Below are positions 28,951 to 39,274 of a stretch of 64,000 bases of DNA, in pieces; within the stretch, counting starts at the first letter, position 1, and each line of letters opens with the position of its first letter. Under the pieces are notes generated by a model. It saw only the letters and a list, made by a program, of their open reading frames with translations, made no database searches and had not been told where the DNA came from. Source of the DNA: an uncultured Actinomycetes bacterium (lineage in GTDB: Bacteria; Actinomycetota; Thermoleophilia; UBA2241); NCBI GenBank assembly GCA_963755025.1, contig CAVWIH010000028.1, positions 32,001 through 96,000 of the forward strand, in the 5' to 3' direction. The translations under genes were made by a program, and so were the position numbers.

Positions 28951-30230
28951 GGGCGCGCCTCGCGCCCGGACGGCGGCCCGGGCTTGTCGGGCGTGCCCGC
29001 CTTGCCCTGGGCGGCCTCTTCGAGCGCCGCGCAGAGGCGGTCGGCCAGCACGTCGCGGGAGAACTCGCGCTCCGCCAGCAGCCGCGCGTTGACCGCCATG
29101 CGGGCCACCAGGGCGGGCTCGTCGGCCAGGGCGGCCAGGGCGGCGGCCAGGGCGTCGCCGTCGCCGGCCGGCACGTACAGGCCGGCGCGCGCGTCGGCCA
29201 CGACGCGGCGCAGCCAGCCGTCGAGGTTGATGACCACCGGCCGGCCGGCGGCCAGCGAGTCGAAGAACTTGTTGGGCGAGTTGGTCTCGAAGATGGGGTC
29301 GGGTGCGAACAGCGTGAGCGTCACGTCGGCGGCGCCCACCACGCCGGCCAGGGCCTGCTTGGGCAACGGCCCCAGGACGTGCAGGTTGTCGAGCCCCAGG
29401 CGGCGGGCGCTGTCGTCGAGGTGCGGCCGGCGGCCGCCGTCGCCGACGGCCACGATGGCCACGTCGTCGCGCCCGGCGGCGCGCAGCGCGACCGCGGCGT
29501 CGATGAGCTGGTCGATGCCGTTGGCGCGGCCCATCGCGCCGGAGTAGAGCGCGACGAACTTGCCGGTCAGCCCGTGACGGGCGCGGAACTCGTGGTCGAC
29601 GTTGTCGGGGCGGAAGAGGTCGAGGTCGCAGGCGTTGGGCACGAAGACGAGCTTGCCGGCCGGCACGCCGCGCGCGAGGAGCGCGTCGCGGCTGGCCTCG
29701 CTCAGCACGACGATGCGCGCCGCTCCGGCATAGAGCAGCGCCTCGAGCCGGCGGGCGGCGGCGATCAGCGGCCGGGAGCGCAGGGCGCCGATGGCGATCG
29801 GCACCTCGGGCCACAGGTCGCGCAGCTCAAAGACAAACGGCGCGCGCCGCAGGCGGGCCGTGAGCAGGCCCGGTATGCCGATCGTCAGCGGCGTCGACGA
29901 CGCGAACACGACGTCGGGGCGCGGCAGCAGCGGTCCGGCGATGCCGGCCTCCGCGGTGAACAGCGCGAACGCCGCGAGACGCTTGGCGTACGAGAAGTAG
30001 TTGGAGTACGGCACGTTGAGCAGCAGGAGGTCGATGCCCTCGACGCGGTCGCGCACGAACGGCCGCACGCGTGCGGCGCCCGCGCCCTGGTCGCGCGGCA
30101 GCAGCGCGGCGCTGCTCACGATCGTCACCTCGTGGCCGCGCGCGGCGAGGCGCTTGGCCAGCTCGAACGAGCGCGTGCCGGTCGCGCTGTCGCGGGTGGC
30201 GAAGTACTGGTGGAAATAGACGATCCTCAT
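28947..30230 (-). CDS. GT4 glycosyltransferase (WbuB-like)
   Basis: Motifs MRIVYFHQYF, FELRDLWPE, YSGAMG, SPNKFFDSLAAGRPV. Confidence 0.92.
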   Translation of the reverse strand: MRIVYFHQYFATRDSATGTRSFELAKRLAARGHEVTIVSSAALLPRDQGAGAARVRPFVRDRVEGIDLLLLNVPYSNYFSYAKRLAAFALFTAEAGIAGPLLPRPDVVFASSTPLTIGIPGLLTARLRRAPFVFELRDLWPEVPIAIGALRSRPLIAAARRLEALLYAGAARIVVLSEASRDALLARGVPAGKLVFVPNACDLDLFRPDNVDHEFRARHGLTGKFVALYSGAMGRANGIDQLIDAAVALRAAGRDDVAIVAVGDGGRRPHLDDSARRLGLDNLHVLGPLPKQALAGVVGAADVTLTLFAPDPIFETNSPNKFFDSLAAGRPVVINLDGWLRRVVADARAGLYVPAGDGDALAAALAALADEPALVARMAVNARLLAEREFSRDVLADRLCAALEEAAQGKAGTPDKPGPPSGREARP

Positions 30231-31411
30231 GGCGCCCCCGCTTCGGACTCGGCTCCTCGGCCGCCGCCGCGCCGGCCCCGCGCGCCGCACAGCTCCGTGT
30301 AGAAGGCCAGGAAGCGCGGTTCGACCTGTTCCCACGAGAAGCGCCCGCGCACCGCGGCCCGACCCCGGGCGCCCATGGCGGCCAGCGTCTCGCGCTCGGC
30401 GATCAGCCGGCGCACGCCGGCGAGGTGGCCTTCGACCCCGGCCGGCACCACGATGCCGAAGCCCTCGTCGACGATGACCTCTCTGCCCGGCAGGTCGGTC
30501 GCCAGTGCGGCCAGCCCGACGGCCGCGCCCTCGTAGATCTTGGTGGCGACCGTGGGGCGCGAGAACTGGGGGCTGCGCGAGCTGGGCGTCCAGACCACGT
30601 CGGCCGAAGCCAGGTAGCGCGGCACCTGGTCGCGCGCGACCCGGTCCAGAAAACGCACCCGGTCGCTCAGCCCACCGCGCAGGCGGGCGCCGATCTCGGC
30701 GTCGAACTCCGCCGACGAGAAGGAGCCGCCCAGCAGCAGGAGGGCGTCGTCGGGTGCGAGCCGCTCCATGACGTCGAGCATGAGGGCGACGCCGCGGCTG
30801 CGCGACAGGGCGCCGATGTAGACGAGGCGCAGGCGCTGGTCGGCCGTGAGCTCGGCGAACGGGGCGGCGTCGGCGAAGTGCGACAAGCGCGGGTAGTTGG
30901 GAGCGATCAGACGCAGGTGCAGCTGTGAGCTGAAGTCGTTGAGCACGTCGTCGGTGACCGTGACGATGCCGTCGGCCCAGTGCGTAAGGCCGCGCTGTCC
31001 GAGGCCGCTGGCGGCCGCCACGGCCGGCCGGGCGCGGGCGGGGATGTACTCCTTGGACATGACCTGCTCGCGCAGGAACTCGTGGGCGTCGTAGACCAGG
31101 CGCGGCACGAAGGGCCGCAGCAGGGGGAACAGAGGCAGGAGCTCGGGGTCGTGGGCGTGCACCACGAACGGGCGCAGGGTGCGCAGCGCCGAGACGATGT
31201 CGGGCGTGCTCATCCAGCGCCGCGCGCGCGGCCGCACCGGCAACGCGGCGAAGCGCACGCCGTGGCGGTCGCGGCCGGGAGTGGCTCCCGGTACGACATA
31301 GGTCACGTCGTAGCCCGCCGCGGCCAGGGTGCGGCACTCGCGTTCGTAGATGCGGGCGTCGTCGGGACGGTGCACCACCGAGAGATGGACGACCTTGACG
31401 GGCGCGCTCAC
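30227..31411 (-). CDS. GT4 glycosyltransferase
   Basis: Motifs HRPDDARIY, HAHDPELL, YDAHE, TKIYEGAAVG. Confidence 0.9.
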   Translation of the reverse strand: MSAPVKVVHLSVVHRPDDARIYERECRTLAAAGYDVTYVVPGATPGRDRHGVRFAALPVRPRARRWMSTPDIVSALRTLRPFVVHAHDPELLPLFPLLRPFVPRLVYDAHEFLREQVMSKEYIPARARPAVAAASGLGQRGLTHWADGIVTVTDDVLNDFSSQLHLRLIAPNYPRLSHFADAAPFAELTADQRLRLVYIGALSRSRGVALMLDVMERLAPDDALLLLGGSFSSAEFDAEIGARLRGGLSDRVRFLDRVARDQVPRYLASADVVWTPSSRSPQFSRPTVATKIYEGAAVGLAALATDLPGREVIVDEGFGIVVPAGVEGHLAGVRRLIAERETLAAMGARGRAAVRGRFSWEQVEPRFLAFYTELCGARGRRGGGRGAESEAGAP

Positions 31412-32601
31412 GACGCCGCCGCCTGTGCCGTGGCGCCTGTGCCCAGGACCTGCTCGTAGACCGCGAGCTGGCGGGCGGCGTTGCGCGGCCAGGTGAGGTC
31501 GGCGACCGCCGCGCGGCCCGCCGCGGCGAGCCGCGCGGCGGTCGCCGGCTCGTCGAGCAGCCGCGCGAGCGCCGCAGCCACTGCGGCGACGTCGCCCGGC
31601 GCGACGAGCAGGCCGCTCCGGCCGTCGACGACGAAGTCGTCGGGACCCTCGCCGCGACAGGCGATCACGGCCGTGCCCTGAGCCAGCGATTCGGCATAGA
31701 CCAGGCCGAAGCCCTCGGGCGAGCTGGGCAGCACGAAGGCGTCGGCCCGCGCCATCAGGGCGAGGACCCGGTCGTGGGCCAGCCAGCCCAGAAACCGGAC
31801 GCGCGCGGCGAGGCCGAGCTCGCGTGCCCGCGCCTCGAGGTGCTTGCGCCGGGGGCCGTCGCCGACGACCGCGTAGACGACGTCGGGGTGAGTCGGGGCG
31901 AGTCGCGCCAGGGCGTCGAGGACGGTGGCGTGTCCCTTAGAGGCGTACAGGCTGGCGACCGACAGCAGCAGCGGCTGCCCGGCGGCGAAGTCGGCGGGGG
32001 CGACGGGCTCGAGGCCGCTGACGCCGTTCGGCACGGTATGCAGACGGTCCGGGGCTACGAAGGGGCCGAGCCGCCTGACGACCGCCGAGCTCACGCCCAC
32101 GACCGCCGCCGCGCCGCGCAGGGCGCCCACCGTGCGGTCCCGTATCGCGCCCGGTCGGGCGAGATTGACGTTCACGTCGCTGCCGTGGACGGTGACCACG
32201 TAAGGCAGACCGAGGTCGGCGGCGAGGATGCGCGTCGCGGCGCCGTCGGGCAGCGCCTGGTGGGCGTGGAGCAGGTCGAAACCCTCGGCTCGCAGCGCTG
32301 GCAGCAGGCGCCGCAGGCTGCGGTAGTACAGGTCGCCCGAGCGCGCGAACAGCAGCCTGCGCGGCAGTTGCGCGACGCGTGGGTAGCGCACCCGGATGTC
32401 GTCGACCGCCGCCTCGTGCGGGGTCGCGCCGCGCGCCTTCAGCCGGTCGCTCACCTGCAGCGCGCGCGGCGTGTGCCCGACGGGCGCGACGACCTCGACG
32501 GCGACGCCGAGGTCGCGCAGGGCGAGCGCCTGCTCGTGGATGAAGTGCGCGCCGGCGCGGGCCGGCGCGGGATAGAGGTGTGAGACGGCGAGAATCTTCA
32601 C
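31408..32601 (-). CDS. GT4 glycosyltransferase (TuaC-like)
   Basis: Motifs HAH, VTVHGSD, KGH, LPSSPEGFGLVYAESLAQG. Extended -10 TGcTATGAT just upstream of the GTG. Confidence 0.9.
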   Translation of the reverse strand: MKILAVSHLYPAPARAGAHFIHEQALALRDLGVAVEVVAPVGHTPRALQVSDRLKARGATPHEAAVDDIRVRYPRVAQLPRRLLFARSGDLYYRSLRRLLPALRAEGFDLLHAHQALPDGAATRILAADLGLPYVVTVHGSDVNVNLARPGAIRDRTVGALRGAAAVVGVSSAVVRRLGPFVAPDRLHTVPNGVSGLEPVAPADFAAGQPLLLSVASLYASKGHATVLDALARLAPTHPDVVYAVVGDGPRRKHLEARARELGLAARVRFLGWLAHDRVLALMARADAFVLPSSPEGFGLVYAESLAQGTAVIACRGEGPDDFVVDGRSGLLVAPGDVAAVAAALARLLDEPATAARLAAAGRAAVADLTWPRNAARQLAVYEQVLGTGATAQAAAS

Positions 32602-32657
32602 GGTAGCGGCATCATAGCATCGGCCACAGTGGCGCCCGGCGGCGAGCGGCGCCGGGC

Positions 32658-33701
32658 TCAGGCGTCCCAGAAGACCTGGTCGTAGTAGCGCACGGTGCGC
32701 CGCGACGGACGCACGCGCGCCTGGGCGGCCCGCAGGGCCGCGTCGTCGAGCTCGCCCAGGGCGTACTTGATGCCGAGGTACGGCAGGATGAAATCTTCCT
32801 GGTAGACGAAGGTCGAGACGCGCGGGTTGACCTCGAGCAGGTGGTCGCCCTTGAAGCTCACGTTCACGAACCAGTCGAGACCCAGGCGGCGGCAGACCCG
32901 GCGCGCCGCGGCGAGCAGGTCGGGCCGGTCGACCGTGCGAAACGACATGGCGAGACCGGTGTCGATGGCTTCGCGTGTCTTGGCCTGGGCGAGCACGATC
33001 TCGCCGCCGTCGGCCAGCGCGTCGACCGTGAACTCGGTGCCCTCGACGTACTCCATGAGCATGAGCGTGGGAAACGGCGAGACGCCGCGCAGCAGTGCGA
33101 CGAACTCGTCGAGCGTCATGTAGAGGTTGCTGGGCCGCTCGTGGAGCAGCAGGTGGACCCTGTCGGCGGTGGCCGAAAGTATGCGGAACCCGCGCGATCC
33201 TTTGCTCACCGGCGGCTTGAAGCAGACCGGCACATCGGGGTAGCCCAGGGAGTGCGCGCCCGCCACGAACTCGTCGAGGTCGGCGGGCACGAGCAGCTTG
33301 GGCTGGGCTACCGGCAGGCCGGCGACGGCGGCGTGCATGGCGGCCTTGTCGTTGCAGAGCTCGACGGCTTCGGGGCTCGCCACGAGGGCCTTGACGCCCA
33401 GCCGGTCGAAGGCCTCGCGGTGGCGCGCGATCTGGCCGACCTCGTTGCTCGACTGCACCAGCAAGACGTCGGCGCCGCGGCGCTCGACGACGTCGCGCAG
33501 CGCCGGGATGTAGTCGGGCGAGGCGCCGGCCGGCACCGTGGCGAAGCCGTCGCACAGGAACCGGCCGACCGCGTCGGGACGGGTGTCGACACCGAAGATC
33601 TCGATGTCGCGTTCGCCGTTGGCCTTGAGCATGCCGATCAGCGTCGCGGCGCCCGGGCAGCCGGCCGCGGTGAGCACGAGCTTCAGGGGCGGTAGCGTCA
33701 C
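32658..33701 (-). CDS. ATP-grasp domain protein (carboxylate-amine ligase fold)
   Basis: Motifs CNDK, FKPPVSKGSRGF, MEYVEGTEFTVD, LLEVNPR. Confidence 0.9.
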   Translation of the reverse strand: MTLPPLKLVLTAAGCPGAATLIGMLKANGERDIEIFGVDTRPDAVGRFLCDGFATVPAGASPDYIPALRDVVERRGADVLLVQSSNEVGQIARHREAFDRLGVKALVASPEAVELCNDKAAMHAAVAGLPVAQPKLLVPADLDEFVAGAHSLGYPDVPVCFKPPVSKGSRGFRILSATADRVHLLLHERPSNLYMTLDEFVALLRGVSPFPTLMLMEYVEGTEFTVDALADGGEIVLAQAKTREAIDTGLAMSFRTVDRPDLLAAARRVCRRLGLDWFVNVSFKGDHLLEVNPRVSTFVYQEDFILPYLGIKYALGELDDAALRAAQARVRPSRRTVRYYDQVFWDA

Positions 33702-33708
33702 GCGACGC

Positions 33709-34344
33709 TCAGACGATCCAGCGGTAGACCTCGAAGACCTCTGCGTACTCGCAGCCGACGTCGATGGCGCGGGTGAGGGCGACGTTGCGGATGTAGTCCT
33801 CGCGCACGTAGTTGCGATGCTGCTGCGAGCGGTAGCAGGCGAGGGCGTCGACCTTCGTCTGCACGTGGCGTTCCTCGAGGCGCACGTAGGCCTGATGCGA
33901 GAAGTTGAGGTTGTTCCAGGGGATCTCGTAGGCCATCACGGTGGTGCGCTTGAAAGCGCGCAAGCCCTCTTCGGCGACGGTCTTGTGGTCCTGGTGCAGG
34001 TCGATCAGGGCCGGCATGAAGACGCAGTCGGGGTTGAGCTCCTGCTGCAGGACGATCATCTCTTCGAGGATGTCCTGGCGCACCGTGGGGAAGGTGCGCA
34101 CCTCGAAGTCGTAGACGCGCAGGTGGGCTTCGTCGATGCCGATGAGGCTGGTGGCCCGGCGCACCTCGGTGCGCAGGATGTCGCGCGGAAAGCCCGGCGG
34201 CACCGACTTGGCGGCCGTGCTGAAGGCGACGTAGGTGACCTCGACGCCCGACTCGATGAGCCGGGCCATGGTGCCGCCACAGCCGAACTCGCCGTCGTCG
34301 GTGTGCGGCGCGAGCACCAGTGCGGTGCGGAACTTCTCGATCAT
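33709..34344 (-). CDS. PIG-L/LmbE-family deacetylase
   Basis: Motifs APHTDDGEFGCGG, DLHQDH, YRSQ, AEVF. Confidence 0.93.
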   Translation of the reverse strand: MIEKFRTALVLAPHTDDGEFGCGGTMARLIESGVEVTYVAFSTAAKSVPPGFPRDILRTEVRRATSLIGIDEAHLRVYDFEVRTFPTVRQDILEEMIVLQQELNPDCVFMPALIDLHQDHKTVAEEGLRAFKRTTVMAYEIPWNNLNFSHQAYVRLEERHVQTKVDALACYRSQQHRNYVREDYIRNVALTRAIDVGCEYAEVFEVYRWIV

Positions 34345-34428
34345 CGGCTTCCCCCTGCAGGGTCGGCGTTGCCGCCGTCGACGGTCGGCCAGCGCGCCGT
34401 ACCGTGGTCGTGCGTGGCGCCGCCCGGG

Positions 34429-35968
34429 TCAGTCGGAGAGTCTAACAAATCCGCTGCGGCCGGCGGGGGCGGCGCCGCGCCGCCCGAGGTCGCCGCCGGG
34501 CTCGGCCGCCTCGCGCCGGGCGCGGATGAGGATGGCGAGCGCCAGCCCGAACAGGACGGCCATGGGCGGGAAAGTTGATCGCGGTGCTGGGTCCGACGAT
34601 GGCGACGACAAAACCGATGAGCGCGATCGTCATGGCCGCGCCGAGGTAGCGCAGCAGCGCGTCGCGCGCGTAGCGGGCGACGCGCACCATCGAAGCCAGC
34701 AGGAGCAGGTAGATGGTCAGGAACGCAAGCAGGCCGGGCAGGCCGCCGTCGACGAACGTCTCGAGCCACCAGTCGTGCAGGTTCAAGACGATGAACTGCG
34801 GGTTCTGCCGGGCCACGATGGACTCGGCGTTGCCCGGCCCGACGCCGAGGTACCAGCGCGTGCTCGCGGCGCGCAGACCGGCGAACTGCAACTCGGAGCG
34901 CACCCCGCCGCTGCCGCTGCCGCTCTGCGCCTGCGAGACGACCTTGGCCAAGCTGAACGAACTCCCGGCAAGGCCGGAGAGCACGACGCCCAGACCGATC
35001 AGCGCGACCACCCCGAACACGATCACGGCGATGCGGGTGCGTCGCGGGGCGCGCATGGCGATGACCACGACGACCACGGCGGTCTCCAGGGCGATCGCCA
35101 GCAGGCTGGTGCGCGATCGCGTGAACACGAGCAGCACGGTGGTGGCGAACAGCGCCAGGGCGGTGAGCGCTACGACGGCCGGGCGCCGCCAGACGTACGG
35201 CAACAGCAGGACGAACGGCCAGCAGAACGCAAGATAGGTACCGAAGTCGTTGGTGTTGTAGAAGAAGCCGGCGGGTTCGCTGTGGTGCTTGTACAGCGGC
35301 GAGGCGGTGGGCAGGTGGAGATGGAGCCGCACTTCGACGGCCCCGATCAGCAGCGAGAGGCCGTAGACCGCCCCCAGGCCGAGCAGCACCCAGACCAGGC
35401 GCCGGCGCGTGAGTCCGGCGGCGGCCGTGACCGCCGCCGCCGCGCCCATGCCGGCCAGCAGCAGCAGGTAGTGCAGGCCGGCGTCGCGCTCGGGCGCCCA
35501 GGCCAGGGTGAGCACCAGCCAGCAGAACCAGGCGCCGAACAGCAGGGCGAAGGTCGACCCCTCAAAGCGAAAGCGACGCCGCACGATGATCAGCCAGACC
35601 AGGCCCCAGTAGCCGACGAGGAACAGCACCACGCGAAAGGCGAAGATCTGCCTGAGGTGCGGCAAGGCGAACACCGGCCCGAGGATGGCCAGGGCGGGCA
35701 GGACGATCACCGCGACGACCAGGACATGGCCGAGCGGCAGACGCGCCAGCTGCCGGCGCGCCACCGCGAGGAACAGCGCGACGACGGCGATGAGCGGCAG
35801 GCCGACGGCGACCGCCAGGTGCGTGCGGAGGGTGTGGCCGGCCGCGTCCTGGCCGCGCAGGGCGAAGGCCGTCAGGCCCCCCGTGGCGACGACGCCGCAG
35901 GCGATGAGCGCGGCCGCCAGGGCGGCATTGGCCGAGCGGACGGCGGGCGGCGAGGTCGAGTCAGCCAT
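34429..35968 (-). CDS. O-antigen ligase/polymerase (Wzy/WaaL) family membrane protein (frameshift near 34570)
   Basis: About 12 TMs, GFFYNTND, TRSRT, GVGPGN, NLHDWWLE. The last TM is in the 34429..34611 frame. Confidence 0.85.
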
Positions 35969-37314
35969 GATGCCCGGAGAGGCCATCGAGGAGGCTGGCC
36001 AGCAGCCCGGTGAGCTCGCGACCGTCAAAGCGGCGCACCACCGCCGGGTCGGTGGCCGGCAGGCGTCCGGCGCGCGCGTCGGCGACAAAGGCCGCGAGCG
36101 CTGGGCCCAGAGGTTCGTCGGGCGACGCGCAACGTCCGCCGCGGGCCTCGTCGATTGAGGGCGCGGGCCGCCGACTGCGGCGACGTCACGGCGAACACCG
36201 GCCGCTCGCTCGCGAGGTACTCGAGCAGCTTGCTCGACAGCGACTCCGGTGCGCGCCCCGTGATGAGCAGCAGGGCGTCGGCCGCGCGTTGCAGGCCACG
36301 GGCCCGGGCGCGCGGCGCGAACTGCTCGACTCGCACCCGGTGAGCCACGCCCAGAGACGCGGCGCGAGCGGTGATCTCGGGGCCGGCGGCGCCCACGAAG
36401 AAGACGTGGACGTCGGCGGGAAGGGCTGCGAACGCCTCGAGGAACGCGGCCGTCTGCTCGGTGCGCGCGTAGATGCGACCGGTGTGCACTATCCAGAAGC
36501 CCGGCCCCAGGTCGATGTCGTCGATCTCTTCGTCCGGGTCGTACCCGTTGGGGATGACGCTCGTCGTGGCGGCGAGCGCCGGGTAGAGACGACGCAGGTC
36601 GGCGGCCATGGGCTCGTTGACCGCCGTCACCGCGCTGGCGTGGGCGAGCGCCCAGCTTTCGAGGCGCACGTTCAGGGCTTCGTGGAGGCGCGTCGGGTAC
36701 CGGCGGAACTGGTTGGTGCGCCACGGGTCGCGGTAGTCGGCGACCCAGGGCAGTCCGCTGCGCCTGGCGAGCTCGGCCGCGACCAGGTGCGCCGAGCCTC
36801 GCGGGTGGCTCGAGAAGACGGCGTCGTAGCGCTGTTCGCGCAGCAGCCGGCGGCCGAGCGCCACGGCGGGGACGACCCAGCTCACAGAGGCGTCCGGTAC
36901 CTGCAGCCACTCTTCGATGGGTCCGCGCCGGCTGGTGTGCCGGAACTTCGTTGCGCCAGCCGGACCGGGGACCGCGCCGTCCGGCGGGCCGGCGGGCGGC
37001 GTGGCTGCCGGCCGCGTTTCGGCGGACGCGCCCGCGGCCGGCGCGTCGGCCGGTGGCGTCGCCGGCGCGGGCCGACGGCCGCGCATGGGTCCCATGACCC
37101 GCCGCCCCAGGGCGTAGAGGCGTTCGGGGTCGATCGCCGGCGCGCGCTCTATGCGCACATCGGGCGGGTCGGGCACCGGCCCCTGCGTGCGCACCGTGAG
37201 GACCGTCGCCTCCCAGTCGTAGGAGGGCAGGTAGCGCAAGAAGCGCAGGTGCCGGGCGTTGCCGCCGGTCGCCGTCGGCGGGAACGGGTTGGCTACATAG
37301 AGGACGCGCTTCAT
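35961..37314 (-). CDS. GT-B glycosyltransferase (frameshift near 36160)
   Basis: MKRVLYVANPFPP, ADYRDPW, IPNGYD, SKLLEYLAS. The C-terminus continues in another frame to the TGA at 35961. Confidence 0.85.
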
Positions 37315-37487
37315 CGGGACCATCGACGCATGGCGCCTATCTTACCTGCTCCGGGCACTGTGGCCGGCCGCTGCTCGTGCCGATACAAACGAGTGGCGAG
37401 TTGCGACGTCACGACGCCGCACGCATAATCAGTGCGGCACGAGCGCGGCTCGGGCCGGGTAGACCGCAGGGCGAGAGGAGAGCCAGG

Positions 37488-38609
37488 TTGACTGAAGCGA
37501 GGGCGGCCGGAGTCGGTCGGCCGCTGCGTGGACGTACGGCCGTCCGTGCCTCGCTCGCCGCACTCGCCGCACTCGCCGCGCTGGCCCTCGCGCTGGGCGT
37601 CGCCGCCCTGCAGCCGTCGCGCGCCGTCGCCGCCAGCCAGGCCGCCGCGAGCTCCGTGCAGTCCGCCACGCTCACCCCGCCCGCCACCATCAAGGTCGCG
37701 CGGCGTTTTCCGGCCAACGATCCCAACGGCGTGATCGTCGGGGTCGACACGGTCGACTTTCGCACTTACTGCGTACGCGTCCTCTCGCACGAGTGGGCGC
37801 CGGCCACGGCGTTCTCCGACGAGGCGTTGCGCGCGGGCGCGCTGGCCGTCAAAGACTACGGCTGGTACTGGGCCACACACCCGACCAAGCTGCCCGACGT
37901 CGCCGCCTGGGGCGCCGACGTCGACGACACCACCAACTACCAGGAGTACATGGACTGGGACTACGGGCAGCGCTACTGGGACGCCGTCAACGCCACCTGG
38001 GGCACGACCATGACCCGCGACGGCCAGGTCTTCGAGGCTTCTTACTACGCGGGCGTCTACTCCGGCGCGGCGACCGACGGCCAGCACATGACGCAGTGGG
38101 GCTCGCAGTACTGGGCCGCCCAGGGCAAGACCTACCCGTGGATCGTGGCCTTCTACTACGGAGCGGTGCAGCTCGTGGGCGCCAAGAGCGGCGCCGTCGT
38201 GACGAGCGCCTCGCCCTCGGCGTCGGCCTGGAGCGGGCCTCACGCCCCCAAGGGCGCCGCCAAGCTCGACGTGGTCGGGCCGGTGCAGCTAGCGCCCGGG
38301 CCCTATCGGCGCGGCACTACGCTCCGGGCCCAGTTCACGCTGCGCAACGACGGCGCCCAGACCGGCACCTGGGCGGTCGTCACGCTGGTGGCGCGCGGTC
38401 CCGGCGACCAGGAGCGCGACCTCGGCTCTATCGCCAACGTCACCCTCAAGCCCGGCGCCTACCGGCTGTTCACGGGCCACGTCAAGCTCGACCTGCAGGG
38501 TCGCTGGCACGGCTGGCTGATCGTCGGCGACGGCAGCAAGCTGACGCTGCTCGACGGCGGCGCGCCGTTCCAGTTCGTCGTCGGCGCGCCCGCCTCGCAC
38601 AAGCACTAG
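37488..38609 (+). CDS. Secreted protein with divergent SpoIID/LytB-like domain and C-terminal Ig-like domain
   Basis: Signal peptide, YCVRVLSHEW, EALRAGALAVKDY, MTQWGSQYWA. The TTG start is uncertain. Confidence 0.7.
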   Translation: MTEARAAGVGRPLRGRTAVRASLAALAALAALALALGVAALQPSRAVAASQAAASSVQSATLTPPATIKVARRFPANDPNGVIVGVDTVDFRTYCVRVLSHEWAPATAFSDEALRAGALAVKDYGWYWATHPTKLPDVAAWGADVDDTTNYQEYMDWDYGQRYWDAVNATWGTTMTRDGQVFEASYYAGVYSGAATDGQHMTQWGSQYWAAQGKTYPWIVAFYYGAVQLVGAKSGAVVTSASPSASAWSGPHAPKGAAKLDVVGPVQLAPGPYRRGTTLRAQFTLRNDGAQTGTWAVVTLVARGPGDQERDLGSIANVTLKPGAYRLFTGHVKLDLQGRWHGWLIVGDGSKLTLLDGGAPFQFVVGAPASHKH

Positions 38610-38644
38610 AGCTCGCGGCCCCCTGGCCCGGGCCGCGCCCCCGC

Positions 38645-39274
38645 TCACCCCTCGTCGGCGGGCGGCTCGCGCTCGAGGAACCCGTCGATGCGGGCGACCA
38701 GCCCGGTCGTGTCGATCTCGATCGTGCCGCCGCTGGGCACGCTCATCTCGTGGAACGAGTCGATGCCCGTGCCCTCGACGAAGCCGCGTACGAGGCGCAA
38801 CGAACCGCCGTGGCTGACCAGCAGCGTGACGAGCTGCGTGGCGATCGCGTCGCGCACCGCCGCGAGCACGCGCCGCTGCTGCTCGGCCAGGCTCTCGCCG
38901 TACGGAAAGCGAAACGACGCCGGGTCTTCGTGGTAGGCGGCCCACTCGACGGGGGAGCCTCGCCTGATCGCGGCGAAGCTGCGTCCCTGCCAATCGCCGC
39001 GATCGGATTCGGCGAGACGCGGATCGACGCCCAGGACCACCTCGGGGCCGAGCACGGCGTGTACCTCGTCGGCGGTCTGGCGGGCGCGCAGCAGGTTGCT
39101 CGACACGATCGCCTGGATGCCGGCGTTCGCCAGGCGTTCGCCCAGCTCGTGCGCCTGGCGCCGCCCGGTCTTGTTGAGAGGCACCTCGGCCCAGCCCTGG
39201 CAGCGGGCCGGCTTCACGTTCCAGTCGGTCTGGCCGTGGCGCGCCAGGTAGAGGATGGGCGCGCGCTCGCTCAA
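38645..39274 (-). CDS. Histidine phosphatase (phosphoglycerate mutase-like) family protein
   Basis: LARHGQTDWN, SSNLLRARQTA, GES, VSHGG. The TTG start overlaps the comA stop. Confidence 0.92.
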   Translation of the reverse strand: MSERAPILYLARHGQTDWNVKPARCQGWAEVPLNKTGRRQAHELGERLANAGIQAIVSSNLLRARQTADEVHAVLGPEVVLGVDPRLAESDRGDWQGRSFAAIRRGSPVEWAAYHEDPASFRFPYGESLAEQQRRVLAAVRDAIATQLVTLLVSHGGSLRLVRGFVEGTGIDSFHEMSVPSGGTIEIDTTGLVARIDGFLEREPPADEG

